64,000 bases of DNA. It comes from Carcharhinus amblyrhynchos. Its lineage: Eukaryota. Positions 63,678 through 64,000 of this stretch are shown here, in pieces. Location: NCBI GenBank assembly GCA_965287045.1, contig OZ336899.1:19034001-19098000 (forward strand), written 5' to 3'. The position numbers and the translations under genes are program-made. How positions within the stretch are numbered: position 1 is the stretch's first letter; each line of letters starts with the position of its first letter. The notes beneath the pieces were generated by a model that worked only from the letters and a program-made list of their open reading frames with translations, was not told where the DNA came from and did not search any database.

Positions 63678-64000
63678 CGAGTTTAATTTTGCAAATTCTG
63701 AATTCAAAGATCACTTACATTCTAATCAGCAAAATTATAGCTTTCTTTCCCTTCTTGTTTATAAAGGTTGCTCTGCCTCTCTAATAATGTACAACTCTCT
63801 GAAGTGTGTTGCTTGAGGTTTGATGCCTTTGTGCTGGATGCCACACTTACATACCCACTGGGAAGCACTCAAATTTATAAGACAGAAAATGTGCAACTTT
63901 GAGCACTTAGCAGGACAAGGACAGCAAGTGCATGAAAGCAACACTATCTTCAAGTTCGCCTTCAGATTTGGAAATATATTGCCACTCCTGCACTGTCGTT

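Noticed and set aside
46857-64000. Upstream ACAP3 exons and promoter
   Set aside because: No match to the expected peptides and no CpG island seen.

Overview
Vertebrate nuclear DNA, almost certainly from a shark (inferred from the HE1-type V-SINEs and the other repeat families). The whole window lies inside one minus-strand gene, ACAP3 (centaurin-beta5, ArfGAP with BAR/PH/ANK domains). Six GT-AG exons (59, 184, 45, 96, 75 and 12 nt) splice into 157 uninterrupted codons covering the C-terminal part of the BAR domain. The last is a 12-nt 'TLLQ' microexon absent from the ORF track. The flanking exons were not found and probably lie outside the window. The rest is intron packed with retroelements: about 29 HE1-like V-SINE copies or fragments with two different 3' tails, a second tRNA-SINE family, Deu-domain SINEs, CR1/L2/Rex1-like LINE fragments, Penelope-like remnants carrying minimal hammerhead-ribozyme motifs, probable solo LTRs, MITEs and minisatellites. 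Nearly all ORFs in the supplied track are spurious or repeat-derived. I see no clearly new biological system. The best leads are a palindromic double-hammerhead Penelope element (57459-57684), the microexon with its UGC-containing 3' splice-site architecture, and a SINE tail swap between two LINE partners. Exon numbering follows my recollection of vertebrate ACAP genes. Repeat boundaries were read by eye and are approximate; family names come from recognition, not database searches.
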